Part shown: piece by piece, positions 1-8,514 of the stretch
Numbering within the stretch: the stretch's first letter is position 1
How the letters are laid out: the number at the start of each line of letters is the position of its first letter
From: Candidatus Limnocylindrales bacterium
GTDB lineage: Bacteria > Chloroflexota > Limnocylindria > Limnocylindrales > CSP1-4
Length of the DNA: 44,419 nt
Reading direction: 5' to 3'
Assembly: GCA_039925225.1 (NCBI GenBank)
Contig: JBDSZH010000169.1
Location: 1-44,419, forward strand
The notes under the pieces: generated by a model
Databases searched by the model: none
Told to the model about the DNA's origin: nothing
What the model saw: only the letters and a program-made list of their open reading frames with translations
Translations under genes and position numbers: made by a program

Positions 1-953
1 GTCGGCCACTCGCTGACGGCGAGCTCGTCAAGCCCCTCGCTCGCCTCGGCCTCGGCCTCGGCGGCGGCGTCGGGCTGGAGGCCGACCTCGGGCTCGTCCA
101 TGAGGTCCGTCGCTGCGGGCCCGTCGCCGCGCAGGTCCGGCGGATCGGGCGCCTGCTCGGCCAGAGTGGCCAGCCGGGCGGGATCGTCCTCTGCGAGGAG
201 GTCGGTGAAGAATCGGTCCATGTCCGCCTCGAACGAGGAGACGGTGGTCTGGACCTCGTCGACCAGGCGGTCGACGCTCGCGGCGTGGCGTTCCATCTCG
301 CCCGCCAGTTCGCCCTTGCGGGCTTCGATGCGATCGTCGGTCTGCTGGCGAACGCGCGCCATCTCTGCCTTGGACCACTCTCGAATCGCGCTCACGTCCT
401 CGTCGGCGCGCTTGCGCAGGCCGGCGGCCTCGGTCGTTGCTCTGGCGCGGATCGTCTCGACCCGAGCACCCGCCTCGGCCGCGAGTCGTGCGGTCGTCTC
501 TTCGCGGCTCGCCACCGCGGCCCCGCGCATGGCCTTGATCAGGCCCGCGACGAGCGGGTTGTCCCGCCGCGGCACCCGGGACTCACCGTCGGTCCGATTC
601 ATCGGCCGGCCGGCAGTGAACGGTCGCTCCGGGCCCCGCCGGTCGGACGTCGGCCAGCCGCCGCCCTCCGTCACGGGTTCGTTGGGAGGCGCCGCGGAGG
701 ATTCGGTCGTGGGCGATTCGGGGTCGAACATCGCGGCCTCAGGGGTCTTGTCGGGCACATCGGCTGCGGCCGGCGCCGCGTCCGTGGTCATGTCGTGCGC
801 GTCGTCGGCGACCCGGAACGGGCCCTCGCCGAGCTCCTCGCGCACCCCGCCGGTTCGGGCTTCGAGCATGGCGGGATCGAGTGTGGCAGCGTCCTCTTCG
901 GGGCGCTCGGCTGCCCATGGAAGGCGGAAGCCGCGTTTCTGCGTGCTCGACAT
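1..953 (-). CDS. Hypothetical coiled-coil protein, 3' end beyond left window edge (not in ORF track because no stop lies in the window)
   Basis: Manual reverse-strand translation from ATG (complement of 951-953) is open to position 1: MSSTQKRGFRLPWAAERPEE...LRKRADEDVSAIREWSKAEMARVRQQTDDRIEARKGELAGEMERH...DELAVSEWP. GC3 is high and the composition is balanced and heptad-like. The overlapping + strand ORFs 100-981 and 285-1007 are Ser/Arg/Ala-rich shadows. Confidence 0.6.
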   Translation of the reverse strand, partial: MSSTQKRGFRLPWAAERPEEDAATLDPAMLEARTGGVREELGEGPFRVADDAHDMTTDAAPAAADVPDKTPEAAMFDPESPTTESSAAPPNEPVTEGGGWPTSDRRGPERPFTAGRPMNRTDGESRVPRRDNPLVAGLIKAMRGAAVASREETTARLAAEAGARVETIRARATTEAAGLRKRADEDVSAIREWSKAEMARVRQQTDDRIEARKGELAGEMERHAASVDRLVDEVQTTVSSFEADMDRFFTDLLAEDDPARLATLAEQAPDPPDLRGDGPAATDLMDEPEVGLQPDAAAEAEAEASEGLDELAVSEWP

Positions 954-1118
954 CGCTCGACGTTCCCTCGGGGCGTGGTAGCCCGGCTCATTCCGGTGCC
1001 GGACTGAGGGGATCGTCGTGGTGCAGTCGCCTTTGGGGTAGTGAACCGGTGGTACTTGGCGTCCTGCCCGGAGGTACCGGTCCACGGTCGATCGGGATGC
1101 CGGCGCTACGCTGTGGGC

Positions 1119-2147
1119 ATGCTCGACGGACCACGCGACCGACTCGGCCGCGCGCTGCACGACCTCCGGATCTCGGTCACCGACCGGTGCAACTTCCGGT
1201 GCCCGTACTGCATGCCCAGCGAGGTCTTCGGACGCGACTACCAGTTCCTGCCGCACGACGAGATCCTTCGTTACGAGGAGATCGTTCGGCTCTCGTCCGT
1301 CTTCGTGAGCCTCGGCGTCCGCAAGCTGCGCATCACCGGTGGCGAACCGACGGTCCGGCGCGGCCTGCCAGACCTGATCGCGATGCTGGCCGCCCTCCGG
1401 GCGCCCGATGGGGAGCCGCTGGACCTGGCGATGACCACCAACGGGTCCGCCCTCCGGCGCCTTGCTCGGCCCCTCGCTGACGCGGGCCTGCGGCGCGTCA
1501 CCGTGTCGCTCGACTCCCTGGACGATGCGACGTTCCAGCGCATGAACGGCATCGACTTCCCGGTGTCGAAGGTCCTCGATGGCATCGATGCCGCGGTCGA
1601 GGCCGGACTCGGGCCGGTCAAGGTCAACGTGGTCCTGAAGCGTGGCGAAAACGACGATGGGATCCTGGACCTCGCGCGCTGGGCTCGCGACGCGGGCCAC
1701 GTGCTGCGCTTCATCGAATACATGGACGTCGGGACGACGAATGGCTGGCGGCTCGATGAGGTCGTGCCGGCCGCAGAGGTCATCGAGACGATCGGGCGGG
1801 AGTGGCCACTGGAGTCCGAGGTGCCCCAGTATCCGGGTGAGGTCGCGGAGCGCTGGCGCTACACCGACGGGCGCGGTGAGATCGGGGTCATCGCCTCGGT
1901 GACGCGGCCGTTCTGCGGCGACTGCACGCGCGCCCGCATCTCCGCCGAGGGCAAGTTGTATACATGCTTGTTCAGCGCGGTTGGCCACGATCTCCGCGGA
2001 CCGATGCGCGCCGGCAGCACGGACGAGGAACTCGCCGCGGTGGTCGCCGGCCTGTGGGGCGCCCGCGACGACCGCTACTCCGAGCTCCGCGCCGCGGCCA
2101 CGGACAACCGGCTGCCCAAGATCGAGATGTTCGCCCTCGGCGGCTGA
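1119..2147 (+). CDS. moaA: GTP 3',8-cyclase MoaA (radical SAM, molybdenum cofactor biosynthesis)
   Basis: CNFRCPYC radical-SAM CxxxCxxC motif near the N-terminus, C-terminal CGDCTRARISAEGKLYTCLF second-cluster region, and a GG C-terminus. Start moved to the internal ATG (MLDGPRDRLGRALHDLRISVTDRC); the listed 1041 start adds a junk-like leader. Confidence 0.93.
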   Translation: MLDGPRDRLGRALHDLRISVTDRCNFRCPYCMPSEVFGRDYQFLPHDEILRYEEIVRLSSVFVSLGVRKLRITGGEPTVRRGLPDLIAMLAALRAPDGEPLDLAMTTNGSALRRLARPLADAGLRRVTVSLDSLDDATFQRMNGIDFPVSKVLDGIDAAVEAGLGPVKVNVVLKRGENDDGILDLARWARDAGHVLRFIEYMDVGTTNGWRLDEVVPAAEVIETIGREWPLESEVPQYPGEVAERWRYTDGRGEIGVIASVTRPFCGDCTRARISAEGKLYTCLFSAVGHDLRGPMRAGSTDEELAAVVAGLWGARDDRYSELRAAATDNRLPKIEMFALGG

Positions 2148-2192
2148 CCTCGGCGTACGGGCGCCCACGGCGCGGCGCCACCCGTGCGCCTT

Positions 2193-2278
2193 GCCGCGGG
2201 ACAGCCCGGGCCCCCGGACGCTGGCGCGCCTTCCGTTCCTCGCCGCAGGACAGCCCGGGCCCCCCGGACGCTGGCGCG
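2193..2278. repeat. Two copies of a 36-37 bp GC-rich hairpin-forming direct repeat (period 49 bp)
   Basis: gccgcgggacagcccgggcccccggacgctggcgcg (2193-2228) and gccgcaggacagcccgggccccccggacgctggcgcg (2242-2278). Each can fold (CAGCCCGGG/CCCGG.CGCTG). They are followed by hairpin GGCGCG-aaaa-CGCGCC (2272-2289). Confidence 0.8.
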
Positions 2279-2478
2279 AAAACGCGCCATCCGACGAAGG
2301 ACGCATCGATTGCCCGGGCTGCGGCGCTCGTCGGAGCGCTTTCCGAGGTTGGATGACCGTCCATTTCGGATCCGTCAAGCGCGATTCGTGCTCGCGGCGT
2401 CCGCGACGCTGCGAGCCGCGGATCGACACCATCCGCCGGCTGACCCGATCTTCGTGGGATGGCGCGAATTCGCGCCAA

Positions 2479-2570
2479 GGCCGGGGCGGTCCGCTGCTGC
2501 CACGCGGGCGGGGCGGTCCGCCACTGCCACCCGGGCGGGGCGGTCCGCTGCTACAACCCGGGCGACCGGC
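2479..2570. repeat. 27-bp tandem direct repeat, about 3.4 copies (iteron-like)
   Basis: Units start at 2479, 2506, 2533 and 2560 (partial), with core GGGCGGGGCGGTCCGC(T/C)(G/A)CTGC. Preceded by the perfect 16-bp palindrome GGCGCGAATTCGCGCC (2461-2476). Confidence 0.85.
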
Positions 2571-2571
2571 C

Positions 2572-2674
2572 TTGTCCACCACATGTCCACAGCGGTCCAC
2601 AAGTGGTGGACAGCCGGCCCCGAATCGGGCGTGAAGTCGTGGATAACCCCGTCGACATTGCATCTGGTGGACGG
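2572..2674. promoter_or_regulatory. Cluster of six DnaA-box-like 9-mers, three forward then three reverse
   Basis: Forward: TTGTCCACC 2572-2580, ATGTCCACA 2583-2591, CGGTCCACA 2593-2601. Reverse-strand reading: CTGTCCACC 2605-2613, TTATCCACG 2638-2646, CCGTCCACC 2666-2674. Compared with actinobacterial TTGTCCACA and E. coli TTATCCACA consensus. The first four boxes are spaced about 10-11 bp apart. Confidence 0.45.
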
Positions 2675-2938
2675 CACCATTCGTCTTGCCCGAAGGGGCC
2701 GCCAGGGTTGAGGGACCGAGATCACATCAAGGGACCTCCTGCCAGGGCCGGTCGCTTCGGGCGCTTCTGTACCCGGTCGCGACGGCGTTCCTGCGCCGTC
2801 CCCGGGGGCCTGGCGGGGCGCGACCGGCATCCCGGTGTCGGTACTCCCGTCGGGCCCGCAGAAGCCTCGCGGGCCATCGGCCGTCTACCCCTGGACGAAG
2901 TCCTGGTGGCCCGTTCCCCCGAGCGCTAGCCTGTAGAC

Positions 2939-3793
2939 GTGAACCCGGCAACCCCGATTCCCCCAGGCGACCAGCCCGTCCGCCTCGACGCCCTCGAGGC
3001 CGCCGTGCGCGCGCGAACGGACCTGGTGCCGGAGATCGGGATCGTCCTGGGCTCAGGGCTTGGCGGGCTGGCGGACGACCTGGATGACCCCATCGCGATC
3101 CCGTTCGCGGAGCTGCCCGGCTGGCCCGCCGCGACCGCGCCTGGTCATGTGGGCCGGCTGCTGCTCGGCCGCCTCGCGGGCCGCACTGTCGCCATGCTCC
3201 AGGGCCGGTTCCACCTGTACGAGGGAAACGACCCGGGCCTGGTGATCCAGCCGGTGCTGCTCTTTCGACGCCTCGGCGCGAAGGCCGTGATTCTCACCAA
3301 CGCCGCGGGTGGCCTCGATCCGTCATTTGGGCCGGGCACGCTGATGGTCATCAGCGACCACGTGAACTTCACGGGCCTGAACCCACTCATCGGCGCGAAC
3401 GCCGACTCGATCGGCGAGCGTTTCCCGGATCTCACCGATGCCTGGAGCCGCCGCCTGCGAGAAAGCCTCCATGAGGCGGGCAGGGCGGAGGGCGTGGAGC
3501 TTGCGGAGGGCATCTACGTCGGGCTCACGGGGCCCAACTACGAGACACCCGCCGAGGTCCGGCTGTACGCCCAGCTGGGCGGCCACGCGGTGGGCATGTC
3601 CACGGTCATGGAGTGCATCGCTGCGCGCTGGGCGGGCCTCGAGGTGTGCGGCGTGTCGCTCGTCACGAATGCCGGCGCCGGCTACACCGGCGAGGCGCTC
3701 ACCCACGCAGAGGTCCTCGCGTCCGGCGCCGAGGCCGGCCCGCGTCTCGCCCGCGTCATCCGCCGCTTTGTCGCGGAGTACACGCCGGTCTGA
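2939..3793 (+). CDS. punA: Purine nucleoside phosphorylase (trimeric PNP/PunA type)
   Basis: GIVLGSGLGGLAD, GHVGRLLLG, RFHLYEG, ILTNAAGGL, GPNYETPAE and GMSTV motifs typical of the PNP-I/PunA family. GTG start. Confidence 0.9.
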   Translation: MNPATPIPPGDQPVRLDALEAAVRARTDLVPEIGIVLGSGLGGLADDLDDPIAIPFAELPGWPAATAPGHVGRLLLGRLAGRTVAMLQGRFHLYEGNDPGLVIQPVLLFRRLGAKAVILTNAAGGLDPSFGPGTLMVISDHVNFTGLNPLIGANADSIGERFPDLTDAWSRRLRESLHEAGRAEGVELAEGIYVGLTGPNYETPAEVRLYAQLGGHAVGMSTVMECIAARWAGLEVCGVSLVTNAGAGYTGEALTHAEVLASGAEAGPRLARVIRRFVAEYTPV

Positions 3794-3805
3794 GCCTTAG
3801 GAGCC

Positions 3806-4660
3806 TTACGTGACCGGCAGGTCCCGTTTGGCGGCCTTCGCGGCCTTCGCCTTTTCCGCCCAGGCCCCCAGGACCTCGTCCTTGTGCGGGCGGATCGGGC
3901 AGTGGCCGTCGCGGTTGTTCATCTCGTCGCAATAGCCCAGTGGCACGCACTTGGGTGCGAGGAACGAGCCGAGGAAGGGCGAGACCTGGAAGATCTCGTG
4001 GCGAATCAGCTGGAAGAGTCGGCGGATTTCCCATTGGGCCATCGTGCACAGGCGCAGCCCGGACATGTGGATCAGGGCGCGCAGGTTGACCGTCATGACG
4101 AGGTTGGTGCGCGTCGCGTTCGGGAAGACGAATCTCGCGTCCTCGCCCGGGATGCCGGCGCCGACGAGGTCGCCATACAACGACATGGAGCCCTGGATCT
4201 GCTCCTCGAATCGCTCGCGCACCTCCGGGTCCGCCTCGGCGATCGTCTGCGGCAGCATTGTTGCCGCCTTCTTGAAGGTCACGTAGCGCTGGCTCTGCTG
4301 GTCGAACGCCACGCCCGCGCGATGGCGGACGAGCTGGTGCGAGAGCGTGCGAGACACGCCACTGATCCCGAACGTGAAGACCACGTGCTCGATCGTGGAT
4401 CCATGCCCCGATTCGATGACGTTCGAGATCAGCCGCTGCATCTTGGCGATCTCGATCTCGCCGGTCGCGGCCTTGGTGAAGATGTCCTCCGGGGTGAGCT
4501 CGGAGTAGCACGTCCGGCAGGCGGTGTAGATCAGCGGGACGTAGTACTTCTCCACGATCTCGCGATCAGGGAAGAGGAGCATCGCCCTCAGCCCGAGCTC
4601 CGCGCGCCCCGGGTTCTTCGGGATGCCTTTCGGCGCTTCGGGGGACGTCTGCATGGTCAC
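3806..4660 (-). CDS. thyX: FAD-dependent thymidylate synthase ThyX
   Basis: ThyX signature RHRAGVAFDQQSQRY (RHRxxSxxxxSxR). HGSTIEHVVFTF block. GTG start at 4660, with an alternative ATG at 4654. The C-terminal tail carries a Cys/His cluster (CVPLGYCDEMNNRDGHCP) and a KAKAAKAAK stretch. Confidence 0.93.
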   Translation of the reverse strand: MTMQTSPEAPKGIPKNPGRAELGLRAMLLFPDREIVEKYYVPLIYTACRTCYSELTPEDIFTKAATGEIEIAKMQRLISNVIESGHGSTIEHVVFTFGISGVSRTLSHQLVRHRAGVAFDQQSQRYVTFKKAATMLPQTIAEADPEVRERFEEQIQGSMSLYGDLVGAGIPGEDARFVFPNATRTNLVMTVNLRALIHMSGLRLCTMAQWEIRRLFQLIRHEIFQVSPFLGSFLAPKCVPLGYCDEMNNRDGHCPIRPHKDEVLGAWAEKAKAAKAAKRDLPVT

Positions 4661-4727
4661 GGATGGAGTCTAGTCGGCACTGCGCGGCCCCGCCCGGGGA
4701 CTACTCGCTGACCTGCTCGCCCGAGTC

Positions 4728-7475
4728 CTACCGCAGCTCCTGCAGGGCGGCCGAAGCGTCGTCCGCATCCACGCCCGCCGTCCGGTCGAGGGCATACGCG
4801 ACGGCCGCGTCGACGGAGAGCGCCGAACCCTCGCTGGCATGCCGCTCGAAGTCGGGCCTCGTCAAGAGGGCCCGAACCGTTGCCCCCTCCTCGCTCTCGA
4901 GCCAAATCTCGTTGAGGTCGCCGAGCCCCGCCCCAGTCGCGGCGACGAGGTTCTGGGAGGCACCCCAGAGCCGGCTCGCCCGGGCCTCGTGGCCCTCGAC
5001 CAGGGCCAGGTGCGCAATGTCGTTGAGCACGAGCGCGACAGCAGACGCGTCGCCCGCGCCATGGAACTGGAGCAGAGCTTCCTCGAAGTCCGCCCGCGAC
5101 TCGTCGAGACGACCGAGTCGGAGGAGGGATCCGCCGAGCATGTGCAGGGACCAGGCCTCCATCGTCCGGTCCTTAACCCGCCGGAACAGGCCGAGTGCCG
5201 AGGCGAAGGCCCCGGCCCCGTGGTCGGCCTTGCCCGCGAAGTAGTCGCTATTGCCCATCCCCCAGAACACGTTCGCCTCGCCGCGCTCGTCACCGAGCTC
5301 GCGGAACAGCGCCTGGGCCTCGACCAGCGCTTGGCGACCCTTCCCGTCCATGTCGGCTGCGCTCCGCGGTGCGTCGGCCGAATCAGGCACCGCGAACACG
5401 AACGAGTAGTTGTAGAGGGCGTTCGCGAGCTCGGCCTTGTCGCCGAGGGCGCGCCAGAGGTCCACCGCTTCGACGTAGGCAGGCCGCATCGCCGCCATGT
5501 CGCCCTGCCACCAGGCGATGCCGCCGAGGGCCTCGAGCATGCGTGCCAGGCGCCGGGGATCGGCCCCGGCGGACGGCGCGGCGATGATCGCGTCGATTCG
5601 CCGGCGAGCCTCAAACAGATGGCCGCGCTTCTGCCAGTACCGCCACACGGCGAAGGCGAGGCGAGCCGCGGTGTCGAGGTCGTCGGCGGCGAGGGCGCGG
5701 TCGAGGACGGCGCGGATGTTGTCGTGCTCGAGGTCGAGCCGATCGAGCAACGCTCGCTGGTCATCACCGCCGAGGTCCGGCGCGATGCGCTCGGCGAGGT
5801 CCACGAACCAGCGGCTGTGCCGAGTGGCGATCTCCGCCGCCTCGCCTCGCACGGCGAGCTGCTCGGCGGCGTATTCATGGATCGGCTCCAGGATGTCGAA
5901 GCGCGGCTCCCCACCTGTGTCAACGGTCCGGATGAGACTCTGGTCGGTGAGGGTCAGCAGCCCGTCGACCACCTCCATGCCCGCTTCCGCCGCGGGTCCG
6001 CAGACGGCCTCAGCGGCGGCGAGTTCGATCCCGCCCGCGAATACGGACAGGCGATCCAGGAGCCGGCAGTAGCCCGGCTCGAGCAGGTCGTAACTCCACG
6101 CGATGGCGCCACGCAGGGTCTGCTGTCGTTCCGGAAGGTCGCGCGCGCCCGCCGAGAGGAGCGCGAGCTGGTTCTCGAGGCGCAAGCGGAGGGCGTCGGG
6201 CGAGAAGAGCTTGACCCTGGCCGCGGCCAACTCGATCGCGAGCGGCATCCCTTGCAGGCGGGCCACGATCGCGGCAACGGAAGGCGCGTTCTCGTTCGTG
6301 ACCCGAAAGTCCGGCCGGACCGCCATGGCGCGAGCGATGAACAGGCGGACCGACTCGTATGCGGACAGCGATTCGGCATCGATCGTCCGTTCCGCGAACG
6401 GCAGGCTCGCGAGTTCGAGGCTCGAGAGGTGCGCGAGGTCCGGCGGCGTCGGCAGTCCCGGGACCGGGTATTCCTGCTCGCCCGAGACGCGTAGCGCCGC
6501 ACGCGAGGTCACCAGGGCCTTGGTGGTTGGTGCGTCACGGAGGAGGTCGGCCACCATCGGTCCACCGGCGAGAACCTGCTCGAAGTTGTCGAGGACCAGC
6601 AGGACGCGCTTGCCGTCGAGCCATTCCCGGAGGACGACGTCCTCTGCCGCCTCGCCTCGCACGGCGAGCCCGATCGAGGACGCGATGCGCGATGGGACGA
6701 GCATCGGCTCGCGGACGGTCTCGAGGGCGACGAAGAAGATCCCGTCCGGGAAGTCCTCCGCCGCGTTCGCCGCGACCTGCAGCGAGAGCCGCGTCTTGCC
6801 GGTCCCGCCCGGCCCGGTGAGGGTTACCAGGCGGTTCGCGGCGAGCAGGACCCCCGCCTCGACCAGCTCTCGTTCGCGGCCCACGAACGAGGTCAATTGC
6901 GTCGGCAGGTTGTTCGGCCGGACGTCAAGTGAGCGGAGCGGCGGGAACTCCAGCCGCAGCCCATCGGCGACGACCTGGCACAGCGGCTGCGGCTCGCGCA
7001 GATCCTTGAGGCGATGGTTGCCCAGGCCGCGCAGGGTGATCGAGGCATCCAGGTCCGGCGCGATCAGCGTGCGGACCGCGTCCGACACGATGATCTGGCC
7101 GCCGTGCGCGGCCGCTGCGATTCGGGCCGCCCGGTTGATGTCGATCCCCACGAGGCCGGCCGCCGACGTCGTCGCCTCCCCGGCGTGCAGGCCCATTCGA
7201 ACCTGGACCTCGATGCCGCCGGGCCAGGCCTCGGCGGCGAGCGCCAGCTGGCCGTCGACGGCGGCCTTGACGGCCTCCCGGGCGCTATCGAAGAGCACGA
7301 AGAACGAGTCACCCTCGGTGTTCTCCTCGCGCCCACCGTGGCCCGCGAAGGCCGCGCGAAGGATCGCCGCCTGACGCTCGAGGACCGCGGTGTACGTGGT
7401 GCTCCCGAGCTCATCGAGCAGGCGAGTGGAACCCTCGATGTCCGAGAACAGGAAGGTCAGCGTGCCTGAGGCCAT
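4728..7475 (-). CDS. Class III nucleotidyl cyclase - P-loop STAND/NB-ARC-like NTPase - TPR-like repeat protein (915 aa)
   Basis: N-terminal cyclase motifs FLFSDIEGST, EGDSFFVLF and GIDINRAARI. Walker A is GPGGTGKT and Walker B-like is VLLVLDNFE. The long helical-repeat C-terminus has an A/L/W/Y/G pattern. Architecture matches the M. tuberculosis Rv0386-family cyclases but lacks the LuxR HTH. Confidence 0.9.
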   Translation of the reverse strand: MASGTLTFLFSDIEGSTRLLDELGSTTYTAVLERQAAILRAAFAGHGGREENTEGDSFFVLFDSAREAVKAAVDGQLALAAEAWPGGIEVQVRMGLHAGEATTSAAGLVGIDINRAARIAAAAHGGQIIVSDAVRTLIAPDLDASITLRGLGNHRLKDLREPQPLCQVVADGLRLEFPPLRSLDVRPNNLPTQLTSFVGRERELVEAGVLLAANRLVTLTGPGGTGKTRLSLQVAANAAEDFPDGIFFVALETVREPMLVPSRIASSIGLAVRGEAAEDVVLREWLDGKRVLLVLDNFEQVLAGGPMVADLLRDAPTTKALVTSRAALRVSGEQEYPVPGLPTPPDLAHLSSLELASLPFAERTIDAESLSAYESVRLFIARAMAVRPDFRVTNENAPSVAAIVARLQGMPLAIELAAARVKLFSPDALRLRLENQLALLSAGARDLPERQQTLRGAIAWSYDLLEPGYCRLLDRLSVFAGGIELAAAEAVCGPAAEAGMEVVDGLLTLTDQSLIRTVDTGGEPRFDILEPIHEYAAEQLAVRGEAAEIATRHSRWFVDLAERIAPDLGGDDQRALLDRLDLEHDNIRAVLDRALAADDLDTAARLAFAVWRYWQKRGHLFEARRRIDAIIAAPSAGADPRRLARMLEALGGIAWWQGDMAAMRPAYVEAVDLWRALGDKAELANALYNYSFVFAVPDSADAPRSAADMDGKGRQALVEAQALFRELGDERGEANVFWGMGNSDYFAGKADHGAGAFASALGLFRRVKDRTMEAWSLHMLGGSLLRLGRLDESRADFEEALLQFHGAGDASAVALVLNDIAHLALVEGHEARASRLWGASQNLVAATGAGLGDLNEIWLESEEGATVRALLTRPDFERHASEGSALSVDAAVAYALDRTAGVDADDASAALQELR

Positions 7476-7485
7476 GAGCCGGACC

Positions 7486-7914
7486 TCAGTGTCGCGATGA
7501 GTCGGTCGCCTCGCGCAGGCGGGCCGCGACTCCGCGAAGGATCGTGAGCGCGAGCGTCGGCTGGTCCAGCAGCACCTTCTCGAAGTCCCACGACGCCAGC
7601 GCGAGGCAGCTCGTTGGCACCTCCGCGATCACCGACGCGTTGCGCGGCATCCGATCCAGCACCGACAGCTCGCCGAAGAACTCGCCGACGCCCAGCCGGG
7701 CAACAACCTTGCCGTCCCGCACCACCCGAACGGCGCCCGCGGTCACCACGAAGAAGCCCGAGCCGATCTCGCCCTCGCGGGCGATGACGTGAGCGCCTGG
7801 AAAGTCGACCGATGACGTGAGGTCAGCGAGCCCGGCGAGACCGGCCGGGTCGATACCCCGAAACAGCGGGCAGCCGGCCAGCAGCTCCACGCGCCGGTCA
7901 CGGGTCAGCGTCAT
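7486..7914 (-). CDS. Stand-alone cyclic nucleotide-binding domain protein (142 aa, CNB1)
   Basis: CPLFRGI...FFGELSVLDRMPRNASVIA is a cNMP-binding fold with the phosphate-binding cassette Arg present. GGAGG lies 5 nt upstream of the ATG at 7914. The listed 310-aa ORF extension is junk-like. The stop lies 10 nt before the cyclase start. Confidence 0.85.
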   Translation of the reverse strand: MTLTRDRRVELLAGCPLFRGIDPAGLAGLADLTSSVDFPGAHVIAREGEIGSGFFVVTAGAVRVVRDGKVVARLGVGEFFGELSVLDRMPRNASVIAEVPTSCLALASWDFEKVLLDQPTLALTILRGVAARLREATDSSRH

Positions 7915-8067
7915 CGATCCTCCATCACCTGTGGGCTGCCGATAGCTGCGATGCTGACCCCACGCCCGCGTTGCGTCAACATGTCGGCACGTTGTTGCGC
8001 AGGAGCGCAGAATCGGCGGCCTGACCGAATTGCCGCGTACGCAGGTAGCGCGGACCTGGAGGAATAG

Positions 8068-8496
8068 ATGGCGACCCGTGACGAGATCGCCGACGCGATC
8101 GCCGGGATGGCTCTCTTCGCGGACCTGGCGCGACCCCAGCTGCTGGGCGTCGCAAGCCGATTCGAGGAGGCATTCTTCCCCGAGAACGCCCGCGTCCTGC
8201 GGCAGGGCCTGACCGGCTCGGGCTTCTACGTAATCCTCGACGGCGAGGCAGACGTGATCGCCGACGGCGCCAAGCGCGCGACACTTGCCCGGGGCGAGTT
8301 CTTCGGCGAGGTGAGCGTCCTGCTCGGCGAGCCGCCGATCGCGGACGTGGTCGCTACCCGGCCGCTGCGCTGCATCGTCCTCGGCGGGCCGGACGTCGAG
8401 GGTTTCCTCGTCGACCACCCGCGGGTCATGTTCCGGATGCTCCAGGCCCAGGCCCGCCGGCTCCGGGCCACGAACCAGCGCCTCGCGGCCGAGTGA
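8068..8496 (+). CDS. Stand-alone cyclic nucleotide-binding domain protein (142 aa, CNB2; degenerate phosphate-binding cassette)
   Basis: MALFADL...GSGFYVILDGEA...FFGEVSVLLGEPPIADVVA. This is a CNB fold but Pro replaces the conserved cassette Arg. GGAGG precedes the ATG. Divergent from CNB1. Confidence 0.85.
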   Translation: MATRDEIADAIAGMALFADLARPQLLGVASRFEEAFFPENARVLRQGLTGSGFYVILDGEADVIADGAKRATLARGEFFGEVSVLLGEPPIADVVATRPLRCIVLGGPDVEGFLVDHPRVMFRMLQAQARRLRATNQRLAAE

Positions 8497-8514
8497 CCGT
8501 GCAGTGGCGGCCAG

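Noticed and set aside
2479-2570. Possible CRISPR array (also considered for 16598-16651 and 19782-19968).
   Set aside because: The repeats are directly tandem with no unique spacers, there are only 2-4 units, and no cas genes are in the window.
2461-2700. Chromosomal replication origin (oriC).
   Set aside because: A DnaA-box cluster is present, but no dnaA, dnaN or rpmH is nearby and there is no convincing AT-rich unwinding element. Reported only as a DnaA-box-like regulatory or titration candidate.
2184-2711. 175-aa + strand ORF whose translation carries repeated RAGRSA peptides.
   Set aside because: The repeats are just the 27-bp DNA tandem repeat read in frame. It is Arg/Pro-rich, has no RBS, and spans the DnaA-box cluster. 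Treated as non-coding.
7915-8418. N-terminal 168 aa of the listed 310-aa ORF 7486-8418(-).
   Set aside because: The composition is junk-like and it is antisense to the CNB2 gene. The cNMP-binding domain begins at the internal ATG 7914, which has a GGAGG RBS.
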